A stretch of DNA of 64,000 nucleotides from Candidatus Saccharimonadales bacterium (lineage in GTDB: Bacteria > Patescibacteriota > Saccharimonadia > Saccharimonadales > JBGTLD01): assembly GCA_041744275.1 (NCBI GenBank), contig JBGTLD010000013.1:16470-80469 (forward strand), written 5' to 3'. The position numbers were made by a program, and so were the translations under genes. Position 1 is the first letter of the stretch. Every line of letters starts with the position of its first letter. The notes under the pieces were generated by a model. The model saw nothing but the letters and a program-made list of their open reading frames with translations. It was not told where the DNA came from and did not search any database. This document shows positions 8,382 to 18,744 of the stretch, piece by piece.

Positions 8382-8942
8382 TTAGCGAGCTTCGCCTACA
8401 CTATTAGTGTTAAAATCCGCGCCGGGAACATAAACTTGCCAGGCTGCTTCCGCTGATTCATCAAGAGCTTGTGCTTTTTCCACCCAGTCTGCAACGACAG
8501 CGATGTCAATGGTAACGTTCTGGCCAACAGTTAGCTCCGGAGAGCTTGCCGCAAGTGTGATATTTGTCTCGGCATAGATAATTTGGGCTAAACTTAAGTC
8601 AACTTCATTTACGATACCGTATGTTTGAATAGCTTTTCGCACCATTAATGAGTATGAGTCACCAGCTTGGGCTACATATGAGTATGAACCTGTTGGCGCT
8701 GTTACTTGTGTTTCAGCTTCTCCAGACTCTGCCTCAGTTTCTTGCTCTGACTCTTCACTAGGCTCTGAGGCATCGTTTGCTTCCGCCTCTTCCATGCCTG
8801 TTTCTTCAGATGTGTGCGGCTCATCACCATTGTCATCGGCAAAAATACTTTGAGAACTAAAAAGTACAAAACCGACACTCACAACTGAAATTACAAGCAG
8901 CTTTACGATTATTGATACTGATAATGATATAGAACGAGTCAT
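8382..8942 (-). CDS. secreted acidic protein with LysM-like C-terminal domain
   Basis: Signal/TM at the N-terminus, a D/E-rich linker, then a YSYVAQAGDSYSLMVRKAIQTYG...GQNVTI LysM-like motif. Confidence 0.45.
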   Translation of the reverse strand: MTRSISLSVSIIVKLLVISVVSVGFVLFSSQSIFADDNGDEPHTSEETGMEEAEANDASEPSEESEQETEAESGEAETQVTAPTGSYSYVAQAGDSYSLMVRKAIQTYGIVNEVDLSLAQIIYAETNITLAASSPELTVGQNVTIDIAVVADWVEKAQALDESAEAAWQVYVPGADFNTNSVGEAR

Positions 8943-9242
8943 TTATTTCTCCTGCCCCACCACTTTTATAGTGCTAATGTCTACTATAATAGCATTACTT
9001 TTACCATAGTGCGAATGTATTTAACGATGTAACTAACAGGGAATAACTGGATATAATTCTATAAATTATGATATAATAATATAGTGAAATATGTGTCAAT
9101 ATTCTTTACGATCCTATTAATATGGATCGCTGTCATACTGATTGCCATAACCCGAAATGACTCAAATGAAATTTTTGAGCTGTATCTTGCGGTTATTGTA
9201 TCGTCGGTACTCATGTTCTTAATTGGCTTTGGTAAAAAATAG

Positions 9243-10778
9243 ATGAAGGCGCAAAGTATTGCAGCCATCAAACGTCAACGAACAGCAAAACTGGCTCGTC
9301 TTGTAACACGTGCTTATTATTTGAACAAACGTGGCCAAGACGATCGCATGTACTCACTTGTTTGTGACGAATTTGTGTCACTTGGTGGTGTCTATATTAA
9401 GTTCTTGCAGGGTGTATTACTACGCAGCGAGGTGATGAAACGCTGGCATAGCCCTGGTCGTCTGAAAATATTCGAAAATCTCGACACTGAGCACCTCGAC
9501 ATTGTGTCGATTCTACGCCAAGAGCTTAGCCCAGATAAACTATCTCAGATAAGTGGCGTACAGCCGCAGCCATTTGCAGCTGGTAGCTTTGGCCAAGTGT
9601 ATTATGGGCAACATATCAATGGCAAACCAGTCATTATTAAGGTTCTTAGGCCGATGATCCGTGAGCTACTCAGATATGATCTTAAGTTGCTTAACGCCTT
9701 CACAAGACGATTTTATGGTCATGCAATGTCAAATATGGACATGAACGTCAATGAGGCTATCAAAGAGTTTACGAGAGCAACACTACGCGAGACTGATTAT
9801 ATTACTGAGGCTGAATTTGCGAGTGAACTGTACGAACATTACAAAGAAAACGAGAAGTACATTATCCCGGAAACATTTATGGAGCTTTGTACAAAAAACA
9901 TTATCGTCCAAGAGTATGTTGATGGTATTTCAGTAGCGCAGATTGTCAAACTTCAAGAACAAGGTGTAGACCCAAGAACATATGTACTTGAACAACTTGG
10001 TTCCGACCTAGATCAACAATTAGAAACTCTTGGTTTTGAGTCTATAAACGGCATTTTCAACTTACGGAGAATACAGGGTGACCCACATCCTGGGAACATA
10101 AAACTTCTGACTGAAAACAGAGTTGGGGTTATTGATTTTGGAATTTCTGCAACAACACCGCAAAACAAAGCAGCATTTTTTGGTCTTCTTGAGGAATGGC
10201 ATGAGTTTTATAACGACAGTACAAGTATAGTTGGTATTTTTGAGCAGTTTATGCGCTTTTTCTCTTCTGATCTTTATGCTGCATTAAAGAAGTTAAGTGC
10301 GTTTACACAGAAAGAAACAGGAGCAAACGCAAGCTTTGCGAAAGAACTAGGTGGCATGGCTCAAGATATGCTAAGCAGTGCACTTGGTGGTCGTGATATT
10401 AAGCCATTATTGCAAAATGGTCGCATTTTACAAGTGATTAATAGAATGGTTAACAAAGACAACAGATTTGGACTTGTCATGAAACTAGAAGCATCTGAAA
10501 TAATTCGAGCAGCACAAACATACATGACGCTTATAGAAACACTTGGTCGCCAAAGCGATGTACTTCCGAAGGTACTAAAGCGAGTGGTTGAGGACGTTTC
10601 GGAAAAACACCCTGACCTACGGCACCAATCCGAAGATTCTATGAGTGTTGGCGACGCTATAGAAGTTGTCAGTAACTGGCTCGAACGTATTGCCGAGCGC
10701 GACCCAAGGCTTTTCAAACAGCTACTTGCGAAGATACGTGCAGCCGACAAATCAATGGACATTAAAGGAAAGGCATAA
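9243..10778 (+). CDS. ABC1/UbiB-family atypical protein kinase
   Basis: AAGSFGQVYYG glycine loop, VIIKVLRP, and DPHPGNIKL...VIDFG catalytic/DFG-like motifs of the aarF/ABC1 domain. Confidence 0.65.
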   Translation: MKAQSIAAIKRQRTAKLARLVTRAYYLNKRGQDDRMYSLVCDEFVSLGGVYIKFLQGVLLRSEVMKRWHSPGRLKIFENLDTEHLDIVSILRQELSPDKLSQISGVQPQPFAAGSFGQVYYGQHINGKPVIIKVLRPMIRELLRYDLKLLNAFTRRFYGHAMSNMDMNVNEAIKEFTRATLRETDYITEAEFASELYEHYKENEKYIIPETFMELCTKNIIVQEYVDGISVAQIVKLQEQGVDPRTYVLEQLGSDLDQQLETLGFESINGIFNLRRIQGDPHPGNIKLLTENRVGVIDFGISATTPQNKAAFFGLLEEWHEFYNDSTSIVGIFEQFMRFFSSDLYAALKKLSAFTQKETGANASFAKELGGMAQDMLSSALGGRDIKPLLQNGRILQVINRMVNKDNRFGLVMKLEASEIIRAAQTYMTLIETLGRQSDVLPKVLKRVVEDVSEKHPDLRHQSEDSMSVGDAIEVVSNWLERIAERDPRLFKQLLAKIRAADKSMDIKGKA

Positions 10779-10780
10779 TT

Positions 10781-10966
10781 ATGAGAGAGTTTCTATTGTT
10801 TATAAAGTATCCCTACACAGCTGGAGTCATCGTAACTATATGGCTTGGAACTGCCGCACTCATGGCGATTGAGTCAGATCTACCAGTAATACGCATTGTG
10901 GTCATTAATATGTTTGTGAGCGTATTTATTGCATTTATAGGCTTTCGTGGTAAGCAAGATATTTGA
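10781..10966 (+). CDS. small hypothetical membrane protein
   Basis: 61-aa ORF with two hydrophobic segments, directly after the kinase gene. Confidence 0.3.
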   Translation: MREFLLFIKYPYTAGVIVTIWLGTAALMAIESDLPVIRIVVINMFVSVFIAFIGFRGKQDI

Positions 10967-11006
10967 CATTTATAATTTTTTGTAGTATAATTTAGATATA
11001 GACGCT

Positions 11007-11792
11007 TTATGTGCGTATTTTTTGTATATGCTCAATCGCTAATGCCTTACCATTACTGGGATCGGTCTTTACGAGAACTGCATTGAACTGGTACGGTCTT
11101 TCGGTTGCAAGCACGTTTCGGGTTTGCTTCCCATCAAGCCAGCGCGGAATCACTGAATCAAACGAGACGCCAAGACTGGAATGAAGACTGCCGCACATAC
11201 CAACATCAGTGACATGTGCTGTACCTTTTGGCAAAACCATCGCATCGGCAGTTGGCACATGCCAATGATCACCGACTACTGCGCTAACTCGCCCATCTAG
11301 GTAGTAGCCTATGATTTTTTTCTCACTGCTGTAATCACCATGAAAGTTTACAACAGTGGCTATTTTAGGCACATCGTTCTCTTTTTTTAGAATTTCATCA
11401 ATTGATTGCAGCGGGTTTTTTACTGGCTTGTCTGCGTCTTTACCAACAATTTTACCGAGCAGGCTTACAATGAGCACACTCCCTTCTGATGTATCAATAT
11501 AACGATAACCGACTCCTGGTGTACCCTCTGGATAGTTGGCGGGACGAACAACCCGCGAGTCTTGGAGTACCTTATCCCGAAACAAACTCCAGTTACCACC
11601 CGTAAAACAGTCAATGCCCATATCGACGAGGGTTTTCATATCACCAGAAGACATGCCCTTCCCATCTGTGACGTTTTCGGCTTGAGCAATGACAAGGTCG
11701 ATTGAGTGGTGCTTTTTTAAATCAGGCAGTATTTCGGCAACAACATCAATCCCAGGACGGCCCATAATATCGCCGATATAGAGAATATTCAT
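11007..11792 (-). CDS. ymdB: YmdB-family metallophosphoesterase (2',3'-cyclic-nucleotide phosphodiesterase)
   Basis: MNILYIGDIMGRPG, GNW and GDHWHVPT motifs of the TIGR00282/YmdB family. Lies downstream of rny as in Firmicutes. Confidence 0.75.
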   Translation of the reverse strand: MNILYIGDIMGRPGIDVVAEILPDLKKHHSIDLVIAQAENVTDGKGMSSGDMKTLVDMGIDCFTGGNWSLFRDKVLQDSRVVRPANYPEGTPGVGYRYIDTSEGSVLIVSLLGKIVGKDADKPVKNPLQSIDEILKKENDVPKIATVVNFHGDYSSEKKIIGYYLDGRVSAVVGDHWHVPTADAMVLPKGTAHVTDVGMCGSLHSSLGVSFDSVIPRWLDGKQTRNVLATERPYQFNAVLVKTDPSNGKALAIEHIQKIRT

Positions 11793-11801
11793 ACAAATAG
11801 A

Positions 11802-12527
11802 TTACTGGTCTATCTTATAAAACCGTGACACCAACTCTGTTTGGAGTGGGTTCCAGATTTCTTTGGCTTTTTTATGAGTTAACGTACTGAGCTTAACGAG
11901 AATAATGATCAACATCGTAAGGCCAGTACACAAAAGTGCCCGTATAACGAGTAATGCGGGTGAATCACCAAGGTCAAGGAGCGCTATAAACCCTATGGTT
12001 ATTGAGAATAAGATCATCATAACCATCCACTCATTACTAAATACTTTGTTGTTCATTTGCATGGCAAAGTTTGTTCTGTTTTGCTGGTTCGCAACAAGAC
12101 CATCAAGAATTTTATCCATGTCATCCTTGTGCTTGCCCTTGTATTCAAGACAATACGATATAGCGTCTTCGTATTCTTCTTCACCACCGATTGCAGACTT
12201 GGCATCAAGTTTGGCTTGTACGTATTTCGCTACTTTTTTTTGCACGTTACTTCGAATGTCATCAGGTAGGTCTTTGGTTTTGATCATAAGACTAAAGAGT
12301 GCTATCGCCTCCGATCTTACGATACGGTGCAGGTCCTCAATCCTACCCTTCTGAGCTCCAAGAATAGGTGATATGTAGAAACCATACAAAAATGAGTTAA
12401 CCGAGAAAAGCGTTAGTGCCGCTCCCTCAAACGCAATTTGCGGTAGGAAAAACGACACTACCAGAAAGACAACAAAAAATATGTAGAAAAAATACGTAAG
12501 TCTAATCTTAATAAGTACTGATTCCAT
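11802..12527 (-). CDS. hypothetical membrane protein (between rny and ymdB)
   Basis: N- and C-terminal hydrophobic segments. Same strand as rny and ymdB. Confidence 0.45.
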   Translation of the reverse strand: MESVLIKIRLTYFFYIFFVVFLVVSFFLPQIAFEGAALTLFSVNSFLYGFYISPILGAQKGRIEDLHRIVRSEAIALFSLMIKTKDLPDDIRSNVQKKVAKYVQAKLDAKSAIGGEEEYEDAISYCLEYKGKHKDDMDKILDGLVANQQNRTNFAMQMNNKVFSNEWMVMMILFSITIGFIALLDLGDSPALLVIRALLCTGLTMLIIILVKLSTLTHKKAKEIWNPLQTELVSRFYKIDQ

Positions 12528-12538
12528 GATACGTTTCC

Positions 12539-14053
12539 TTACTTCGCAAACTCAATCGCTCGAGTCTCACGGATTACATTGACTTTAATGGTGCCCGGAT
12601 ACTGCATGGTTGACTCTATCTTTGTGGCAATGTCTCTGGCAAGCTTGATTGCACTTAGGTCATCGATACTTCCAGGACGTACAAACACCCGAACCTCGCG
12701 ACCGGCACTTATTGCGTAAGACTTTTCAATTCCTTCAAAGCTATTCGCAACGTTTTCAAGTTCACGCATGCGCTCAGCAAAGTTTTCGGCAGAAACATTA
12801 CGTGCACCTGGCCGTGCGGCACTTATTGCGTCGACCACTCGTATCACTAACGCTTCTACGGTTGTCGCCTCTACGTCATCATGATGAGCCTCTACTGCAT
12901 GTGCGACTTCTTCTGGCACACCATACTTTCGAGCTATTTCGGCACCAATATGGTGGTGCTTGCCCTCTACCTTATGCGTAAGTGCTTTTCCTATATCATG
13001 AATAAGCGCAGCGTACTTTGCAGTCTTTACATTTGCGCCAATTTGCTCAGCTATCACTCCTGCAATATGTGACATTTCCGTACTGTGCTTGAGTACGTTC
13101 TGACCATATGATGTTCTGTATCGTAACTCACCGAGCAGTTGCAAGACCTCTTTTGGAATACCTATAATCCCCACTTCACGAGCTGCATCTTCACCCGCCC
13201 GTACAACTTCTTTCTGAACATTTTTTTGTGCTTTTTCAACTATTTCTTCAATGCGACCTGGGTGTACACGACCGTCTTTCAAAAGCATTTCCAGTGTCTG
13301 TCGTGCAACTTCACGCCGAATAGGGTCAAAGCTTGAGAGAATAATCATACCAGGAGTGTCGTCTACCATAATATCGACGCCAGTTACTCGCTGTAGAGCC
13401 TGAATATTACGCCCCTCTTTTCCAATAATTCGGCCCTTCATATCCTCGTCCTCTAAGCGCACTGCGGTAACCGTACGTTCTGCCGTTACTTCACTCGCCA
13501 TACGCTCCATTGCCTCCACGATGACGGTAGCTGCTTTTTCTTCAGCAAGATCTTTTGCTTCGTTCTGGAGCTTATTTACCAGCCCAGTAAGATCATCACG
13601 GATATCACGCTCAGTCATTTTCATGAGCTTATCGGCAGCATCTGATTTAGATAATTTCGCAATTTTCTCTAACTTTTCTTGTTGTCTAACCCGAATATCA
13701 CGAATCTCATTCTTGAGCTGTTCAACTTCATCTTCGCCCTTACGCAACGCTTCGGTACGCCTGTCTAAGTCGTCGAGTTTTTTATCTAGTGATTCTTCGC
13801 GACCAATAAGTCTTTGCTCGATATCTTTAATTTCTTTGCGTCGTGTGGTTTCGTCTTTTCGTGCAGCATCAGCAAGCTGTGCAGCTTCTTCACGAGCCTC
13901 AGCAAGTGCCTTCTCAGCTTCTTTCTTTGCTTTTTTAAGTTCCTTTTCTGCTTGCTCCTCCGCTGAGCCAATTTTGCGTTTCATAAGCACTGAATTCGCA
14001 GTGAAACCAGCAGCAATACCTGCCGCTGCAAGTAAGAGGGTAAATGGATCCAT
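12539..14053 (-). CDS. rny: ribonuclease Y
   Basis: N-terminal TM, long coiled coil, KH domain (GKEGRNIQALQRVTGVDIMVDD), HD domain (HDIGK, HH). Confidence 0.9.
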   Translation of the reverse strand: MDPFTLLLAAAGIAAGFTANSVLMKRKIGSAEEQAEKELKKAKKEAEKALAEAREEAAQLADAARKDETTRRKEIKDIEQRLIGREESLDKKLDDLDRRTEALRKGEDEVEQLKNEIRDIRVRQQEKLEKIAKLSKSDAADKLMKMTERDIRDDLTGLVNKLQNEAKDLAEEKAATVIVEAMERMASEVTAERTVTAVRLEDEDMKGRIIGKEGRNIQALQRVTGVDIMVDDTPGMIILSSFDPIRREVARQTLEMLLKDGRVHPGRIEEIVEKAQKNVQKEVVRAGEDAAREVGIIGIPKEVLQLLGELRYRTSYGQNVLKHSTEMSHIAGVIAEQIGANVKTAKYAALIHDIGKALTHKVEGKHHHIGAEIARKYGVPEEVAHAVEAHHDDVEATTVEALVIRVVDAISAARPGARNVSAENFAERMRELENVANSFEGIEKSYAISAGREVRVFVRPGSIDDLSAIKLARDIATKIESTMQYPGTIKVNVIRETRAIEFAK

Positions 14054-14246
14054 GTGTTCCCTTTCTAATGGGTACTAGAGGTGCCCTCGACCCTGCAATC
14101 ACTATCACTTCTTTAGCAAAGACGTAACGACACCCTAGAAAATCAAAAAATTATTTAAATTAAGTACAGTTAGCCGGACTTTTTGACCGAAATATTGATC
14201 TAAATCCTTATAAAGTAATATACGCGGTTCTGATGCGTGCGGTCAA

Positions 14247-15224
14247 CTATTGCTGCGTTGCTCTCACGACAAGGCGTTGTTCGTATTTGTTTGTACGCAC
14301 ATCGAAGCGATTAGAATACGACACGAGTGTGAGACCGTTCGCTTCTTCATTATCCACTGTTACTGCATTACTGATATCAAGTGAATCTCTGTCTACGCGC
14401 TCTATACTACTTACGGTGTACTTGAAAATTTGGTTGTCACCTCTACGGACAATTATTTCGTCATCGACCTGCAGCGAGCCTATGCGTGCAAATACACCAG
14501 GTTCATTCACACCGCTCACGTGACCATGAAGTAAAACTGCACCAATTTCACCTGGCTTGGCACTCACATCATGCCAGCCAGCATCAAAAATATTGTCTGG
14601 AAGTTCAAGTTTGTTATCGCTACGAACTGGCATGCGGACGATTCTTGCGAGCACATCTAGTTTTGGTATTTCAATTTCTTTTGGTAGATCTGGGGCAACA
14701 TCATATTCAGCAATAGCTTGCATTGAAACAGCGGCCTCGCTCGGTACAACACCTCCGCTTGCCCCATCCTCACGAGCTCCTAACACGCTTGGCGCCGTAG
14801 CCACCTCTTGTACATTCGTGTCTTGTGTATCGAGCAGGACATACCCTAGAACACTTGCATTCATAACTACAACCGCAAATAGAGCAAAAACTTTAAAATT
14901 AATCCTATCCGTAAGTTTTTGCTTCTTTTTAAATTTTGGTGCAAACGTTCGTCGTATGAGCACCGCGGAGCGTTTCTGTCTTGGCATGGCAGGCTTGTGC
15001 GTAGACGCAGCTCTACGTGGTTTGATAACATCACTACCTGTTAATTTTGGTGGTTCTATTTTTTGATTCACCGAAGCTACATGATTGCGCGCAGCATAGC
15101 GCGCTCTTGTGGGCGTACTACTCGCGAGTCTTCGGGTTGGGTTTCTTTGTGTTCGATTTATGCCATCGATAGACATGAGATTACGTGTCCTTTTGAGTAC
15201 AAGTGTAACATTAGCGTAATACAC
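14247..15224 (-). CDS. sortase-like paralogue lacking the catalytic cysteine (Cys to Tyr), with basic N-terminal extension and TM
   Basis: C-terminal domain aligns along its length with the sortase at 1469-2482 (IFDAGW..LHGHV..RRGDN..). The TLxTC Cys position reads LTLVSYS (codon TAT). His and Arg are retained. Confidence 0.55.
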   Translation of the reverse strand: MYYANVTLVLKRTRNLMSIDGINRTQRNPTRRLASSTPTRARYAARNHVASVNQKIEPPKLTGSDVIKPRRAASTHKPAMPRQKRSAVLIRRTFAPKFKKKQKLTDRINFKVFALFAVVVMNASVLGYVLLDTQDTNVQEVATAPSVLGAREDGASGGVVPSEAAVSMQAIAEYDVAPDLPKEIEIPKLDVLARIVRMPVRSDNKLELPDNIFDAGWHDVSAKPGEIGAVLLHGHVSGVNEPGVFARIGSLQVDDEIIVRRGDNQIFKYTVSSIERVDRDSLDISNAVTVDNEEANGLTLVSYSNRFDVRTNKYEQRLVVRATQQ

Positions 15225-15237
15225 TTGACTAGTTGGC

Positions 15238-15615
15238 TTATTTTTTGGGTACTGTTACTGCGGCTGGTGCGCCGTACATAGGCACAGTTTGCGTCAACCT
15301 ATTAGGTACTTGGTCTAGGTTGTGCCATGCATCCCCTGTACCACCTACAACAGGAATGTTGAGCGCATACCCGAGTGCATTCGCAACACTCACACCAATA
15401 CGGAGCCCCGTAAAAGATCCAGGTCCAGCATACACAACAATCGCGTCCAAACTTGAGAGCTCCACCCCAGCCATGGAGAGAACTTCGTCTATCTTTTGAT
15501 GTAGCGTTTCGGCTAACTGGCGGTGAGCCGTCCAACTATGCGTCGTAATTTCTTTACCGTCGTGCATGAGTGCAACAACTGCAGTAGGATTATCAGTTTT
15601 AAGCGTAAGGATCAT
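15238..15615 (-). CDS. tsaB: tRNA t6A biosynthesis protein TsaB (short form)
   Basis: YeaZ-like N-terminal domain (LTLKTDNP...VYAGPGSFTGLRIG). Adjacent to tsaE. Confidence 0.65.
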   Translation of the reverse strand: MILTLKTDNPTAVVALMHDGKEITTHSWTAHRQLAETLHQKIDEVLSMAGVELSSLDAIVVYAGPGSFTGLRIGVSVANALGYALNIPVVGGTGDAWHNLDQVPNRLTQTVPMYGAPAAVTVPKK

Positions 15616-16082
15616 ATATTTTCCAGCTGTTTCTTAATAGCTTGGTATTGTTCTGGTATTGAAAAGGCTAGCTCGCGCTCAGTCTCTCCGGTGTGAACAA
15701 TGTTAATATGTATCCGCTTTTCAGGCAAACTAGCTGCAACCGCATTGCCCCACTCTATAATAACGACACCTCGTGGGTCCTCTAGCGCGTCAATGAGTTC
15801 ATAGCTCGCTAGCCCTGCTTCCTGTAGGCGATAAAAATCAAAATGATACAGTGTCAGCGTATCTGCTTCATACATTTTACTTACAGTAAATGTAGGACTT
15901 GCCACAGCATCTGCACTACCAGCACCTGCAGCGATACCTCTCGTAAGTGTGGTCTTACCCCCTCCGAGATCACTGCTAATTTCTATGATCTCACCACCGC
16001 TCAGCGCATGTCCAATTGCCTCGCCGATGCGCACTGTGCACTCGGGGTCATTTGAATTAAATGTTTTGCTATAATTTGACAT
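15612..16082 (-). CDS. tsaE: tRNA t6A biosynthesis ATPase TsaE
   Basis: Walker A LGGGKTT, typical length and YjeE-like context. Confidence 0.8.
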   Translation of the reverse strand: MSNYSKTFNSNDPECTVRIGEAIGHALSGGEIIEISSDLGGGKTTLTRGIAAGAGSADAVASPTFTVSKMYEADTLTLYHFDFYRLQEAGLASYELIDALEDPRGVVIIEWGNAVAASLPEKRIHINIVHTGETERELAFSIPEQYQAIKKQLENI

Positions 16083-16143
16083 TAATTATTATAGTACCTT
16101 GGTCTAACTCTATAGCGAAACCATATTTCGCGCTATACTAGTC

Positions 16144-16668
16144 TTGACCATGCTTATACTTAGCGCTTCACTACAAAACCGCCCTATACTATCCCTGAGG
16201 ACAGGTGGTGTCGTCGCCACTACAACCGGACTGATTATCAACCCCAACAATCTAAAAATTGAGGGTTTTTATTGCCAAGATAAGTTTGATAAATCACAAA
16301 AAGTTCTTGTGTCAATTGAAGTGAGAGATATTTTACCGCAAGGAATAGTTGTAAACGATCACGAATCACTGAGTGACGCGAGTGACCTAGTCAGGCTTCA
16401 GCCAGTTATGGATATCGGCTTTGATGTAATCAACAAAACTGTCGTAACGGCATCCAAGACACGCGTAGGAAAAGTCGGAGACTACGCAGCAGACAGCAGT
16501 AGTCTTTACATTCAAAAACTATACGTTCAACGGAGCTTACTAAAAAGCATTGGCGGAGGCCAACTGAGTATTGACCGCAATAGTATTATCGAAATAACAA
16601 ATAAAAAAATAATAGTGCAGGAAATTCTGAAACCATTGAAAGGTTCGGTTGCTACTGCTACAAACTAG
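16144..16668 (+). CDS. hypothetical protein, possibly two PRC-barrel-like repeats
   Basis: Weak repeated motif (LRTGGVVATTTGLII.. / TRVGKVGDYAAD..). Confidence 0.35.
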   Translation: MTMLILSASLQNRPILSLRTGGVVATTTGLIINPNNLKIEGFYCQDKFDKSQKVLVSIEVRDILPQGIVVNDHESLSDASDLVRLQPVMDIGFDVINKTVVTASKTRVGKVGDYAADSSSLYIQKLYVQRSLLKSIGGGQLSIDRNSIIEITNKKIIVQEILKPLKGSVATATN

Positions 16669-16689
16669 CGAGTCACAAATAGCTCAGAC

Positions 16690-17328
16690 CTACTCCGGTT
16701 GATCACTCAGCACTGATCGAACGTCACCGTAGTTATATCCTTGTCTGAGTAAGTATTGGATGAGTTTTTGTTCATCTTGATACTTTGTTTGTGTACGCTT
16801 TTTCTCAACAACACGGCGTAGCAGCTCATGCTCATCTGTGTCATCTGACTCGAGCGCCTGAGCAATCACATCATCGGCAACGCGCTTTTGGCGAAGCTCT
16901 TGCTGCAAGCGTCGTGTACTCGTAGATTTAAGTAGTCGCCTATTCTCTATCCACCGCTCAGCAAATACTGCGTCATTTACATAGCCTCGTTCAGTTAGCC
17001 GCTCAATTGTAATTTCAATAACCTCGTCTGGATGCTCTTTACGCCGTAAATAATCTCGAAGCTCCCACTCAGATCGCACTCGACGCGATAATTGCCCAAG
17101 AGCTTGGTCGTATGCCTTGTCAGCAACGGCATTATTCCGTAGAGCGATAAGCTCGTCTTCGGTAATTTCTTGGTTAACTCGTAATCCGATTTTAAGCAGT
17201 TCATTTTCAGAAAAAGAAAATGTGTACTTGCCATCCAGGAATATAGAGTATCTGTCAGTGCGTTTAACTTGCTGTTTGATCGCTGAAATCTTCACCATAT
17301 ACATCCATTGTAACTGTTGAATGCTCAA
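16690..17328 (-). CDS. recX: recombination regulator RecX
   Basis: RecX-like triple helical repeats. Immediately downstream of recA. Start may be Met11 (17298). Confidence 0.8.
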   Translation of the reverse strand: MSIQQLQWMYMVKISAIKQQVKRTDRYSIFLDGKYTFSFSENELLKIGLRVNQEITEDELIALRNNAVADKAYDQALGQLSRRVRSEWELRDYLRRKEHPDEVIEITIERLTERGYVNDAVFAERWIENRRLLKSTSTRRLQQELRQKRVADDVIAQALESDDTDEHELLRRVVEKKRTQTKYQDEQKLIQYLLRQGYNYGDVRSVLSDQPE

Positions 17329-17509
17329 CTACGATATGTGATGCAAATATAAGTCCGCAGACTTTGTGTCCCTGAACCAAGAAATAAGCTTGGTGACCTT
17401 CACCGCAATCGTATAACCCGTCATCTCTATCAGTAAGAGCTCCTATCATATTCTCATAAAAACACTCCGGTGATTTACGAGAATGAAGGTTGTATATCTT
17501 TGATTTCAT
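17264..17509 (-). CDS. small hypothetical protein between recA and recX (uncertain)
   Basis: 81-aa ORF with scattered Cys/His. Overlaps the annotated recX start. Confidence 0.2.
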   Translation of the reverse strand: MKSKIYNLHSRKSPECFYENMIGALTDRDDGLYDCGEGHQAYFLVQGHKVCGLIFASHIVVEHSTVTMDVYGEDFSDQTAS

Positions 17510-17607
17510 TGTAAGTAAAATAAATTTTACTCCAACAATAAATCAACAGCAATATGCTGCTTATGATTATCTAAAAACAAAAGCAAATATATCGCTCGAG
17601 GTATATT

Positions 17608-18654
17608 CTAGGCAGTTTCGGCCACGACAGCCGCACGCACCTTGCCTGCAAGGTCTTCCATAGCTTTTGGGGTGTCAACCAAATGCTGGCGCATGCCTTC
17701 TCGGCCAGAAAACTTCTGGTCGTTGTAACTAAACCAAGCACCAGCTTTTTCTATAAGACTGTATTTTACTGCGAGATCCAAGATGTCGCCCGAGCGTGAA
17801 ATACCTTGGTTGTACATAATGTCAAACTCGGCTTCACGAAACGGTGGGGCGATTTTGTTCTTCACCACTTTCACGCGAGTTCTGTTACCCACCACAGCAT
17901 CACCCTGCTTAATCTGTGCCGTCCTGCGGATATCCATACGCACACTCGCGTAAAACTTTAGTGCGTTACCGCCAGTCGTCGTCTCAGGGTTCCCGAACAT
18001 GACACCAATCTTCATACGGATCTGATTGATAAATATCACCGTTGCATGTGAGCGGCTAATGACGCCAGTAAGCTTACGGAGCGCTTGGCTCATAAGCCTC
18101 GCCTGAAGACCCATGTGACTATCGCCCATATCTCCCTCTATTTCTGCACGCGGTACAAGTGCGGCGACAGAGTCAACCACAATTAAATCAACTGCGTTTG
18201 AGCGCACAAGTGTCTCAACAATTTCAAGCGCCTGCTCACCGTTATCCGGCTGTGAGAGTAGCAAGTTTTCGACATCCACACCAATCCGCTTTGCATAGCT
18301 TGGGTCAAGTGCATGCTCAGCATCTATAAACGCTGCTGTGCCGCCCTGCTTTTGAATTTCTGCAATGGCATGGAGTGTGAGCGTCGTCTTACCTGAACTT
18401 TCTGGGCCGTAGATTTCAATGACACGCCCTTTTGGGATACCACCGCCAAGCGCAATATCCAGGCTCAAGCTGCCCGTAGGAATCGTCTCGACATTCACTC
18501 TATGAGCATCTCCAAGCTTCATGATTGAGCCTTTACCAAACTGCTTCTCTATTGTCTCGAGTGCAAGCCCAAGGGCTTTATCTTTTCCTTCATTCTTCAC
18601 ATTATCAGTTTTGGTGTTGTCTAGTTTTGGTTCGCCTTTACTCTTCGCGGCCAT
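17608..18654 (-). CDS. recA: recombinase RecA
   Basis: GPESSGKTT Walker A and canonical RecA core throughout. Confidence 0.97.
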   Translation of the reverse strand: MAAKSKGEPKLDNTKTDNVKNEGKDKALGLALETIEKQFGKGSIMKLGDAHRVNVETIPTGSLSLDIALGGGIPKGRVIEIYGPESSGKTTLTLHAIAEIQKQGGTAAFIDAEHALDPSYAKRIGVDVENLLLSQPDNGEQALEIVETLVRSNAVDLIVVDSVAALVPRAEIEGDMGDSHMGLQARLMSQALRKLTGVISRSHATVIFINQIRMKIGVMFGNPETTTGGNALKFYASVRMDIRRTAQIKQGDAVVGNRTRVKVVKNKIAPPFREAEFDIMYNQGISRSGDILDLAVKYSLIEKAGAWFSYNDQKFSGREGMRQHLVDTPKAMEDLAGKVRAAVVAETA

Positions 18655-18744
18655 AAGAAATACCCTTCTGCTTTAAATAGCTGTTACCCAGTCTGCAATA
18701 CAGTATAACAAATAGCGCTCTACTTCAGTTGATGAATTAATGAC

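Noticed and set aside
8250-8456. 68-aa ORF on the + strand.
   Set aside because: It lies entirely across tRNA-Pro on the opposite strand.
13521-14078. 185-aa S-rich ORF on the + strand.
   Set aside because: It is antisense to the well-supported rny gene. The low-complexity Ser/Ala composition is typical of the reverse frame of a Glu/Lys-rich coiled coil.
18655-18744. LexA/SOS box upstream of recA.
   Set aside because: No CGAAC-N4-GTTCG (Gram-positive) or CTGT-N8-ACAG (E. coli type) palindrome is present. Only a partial TACAGTA half-site was seen.
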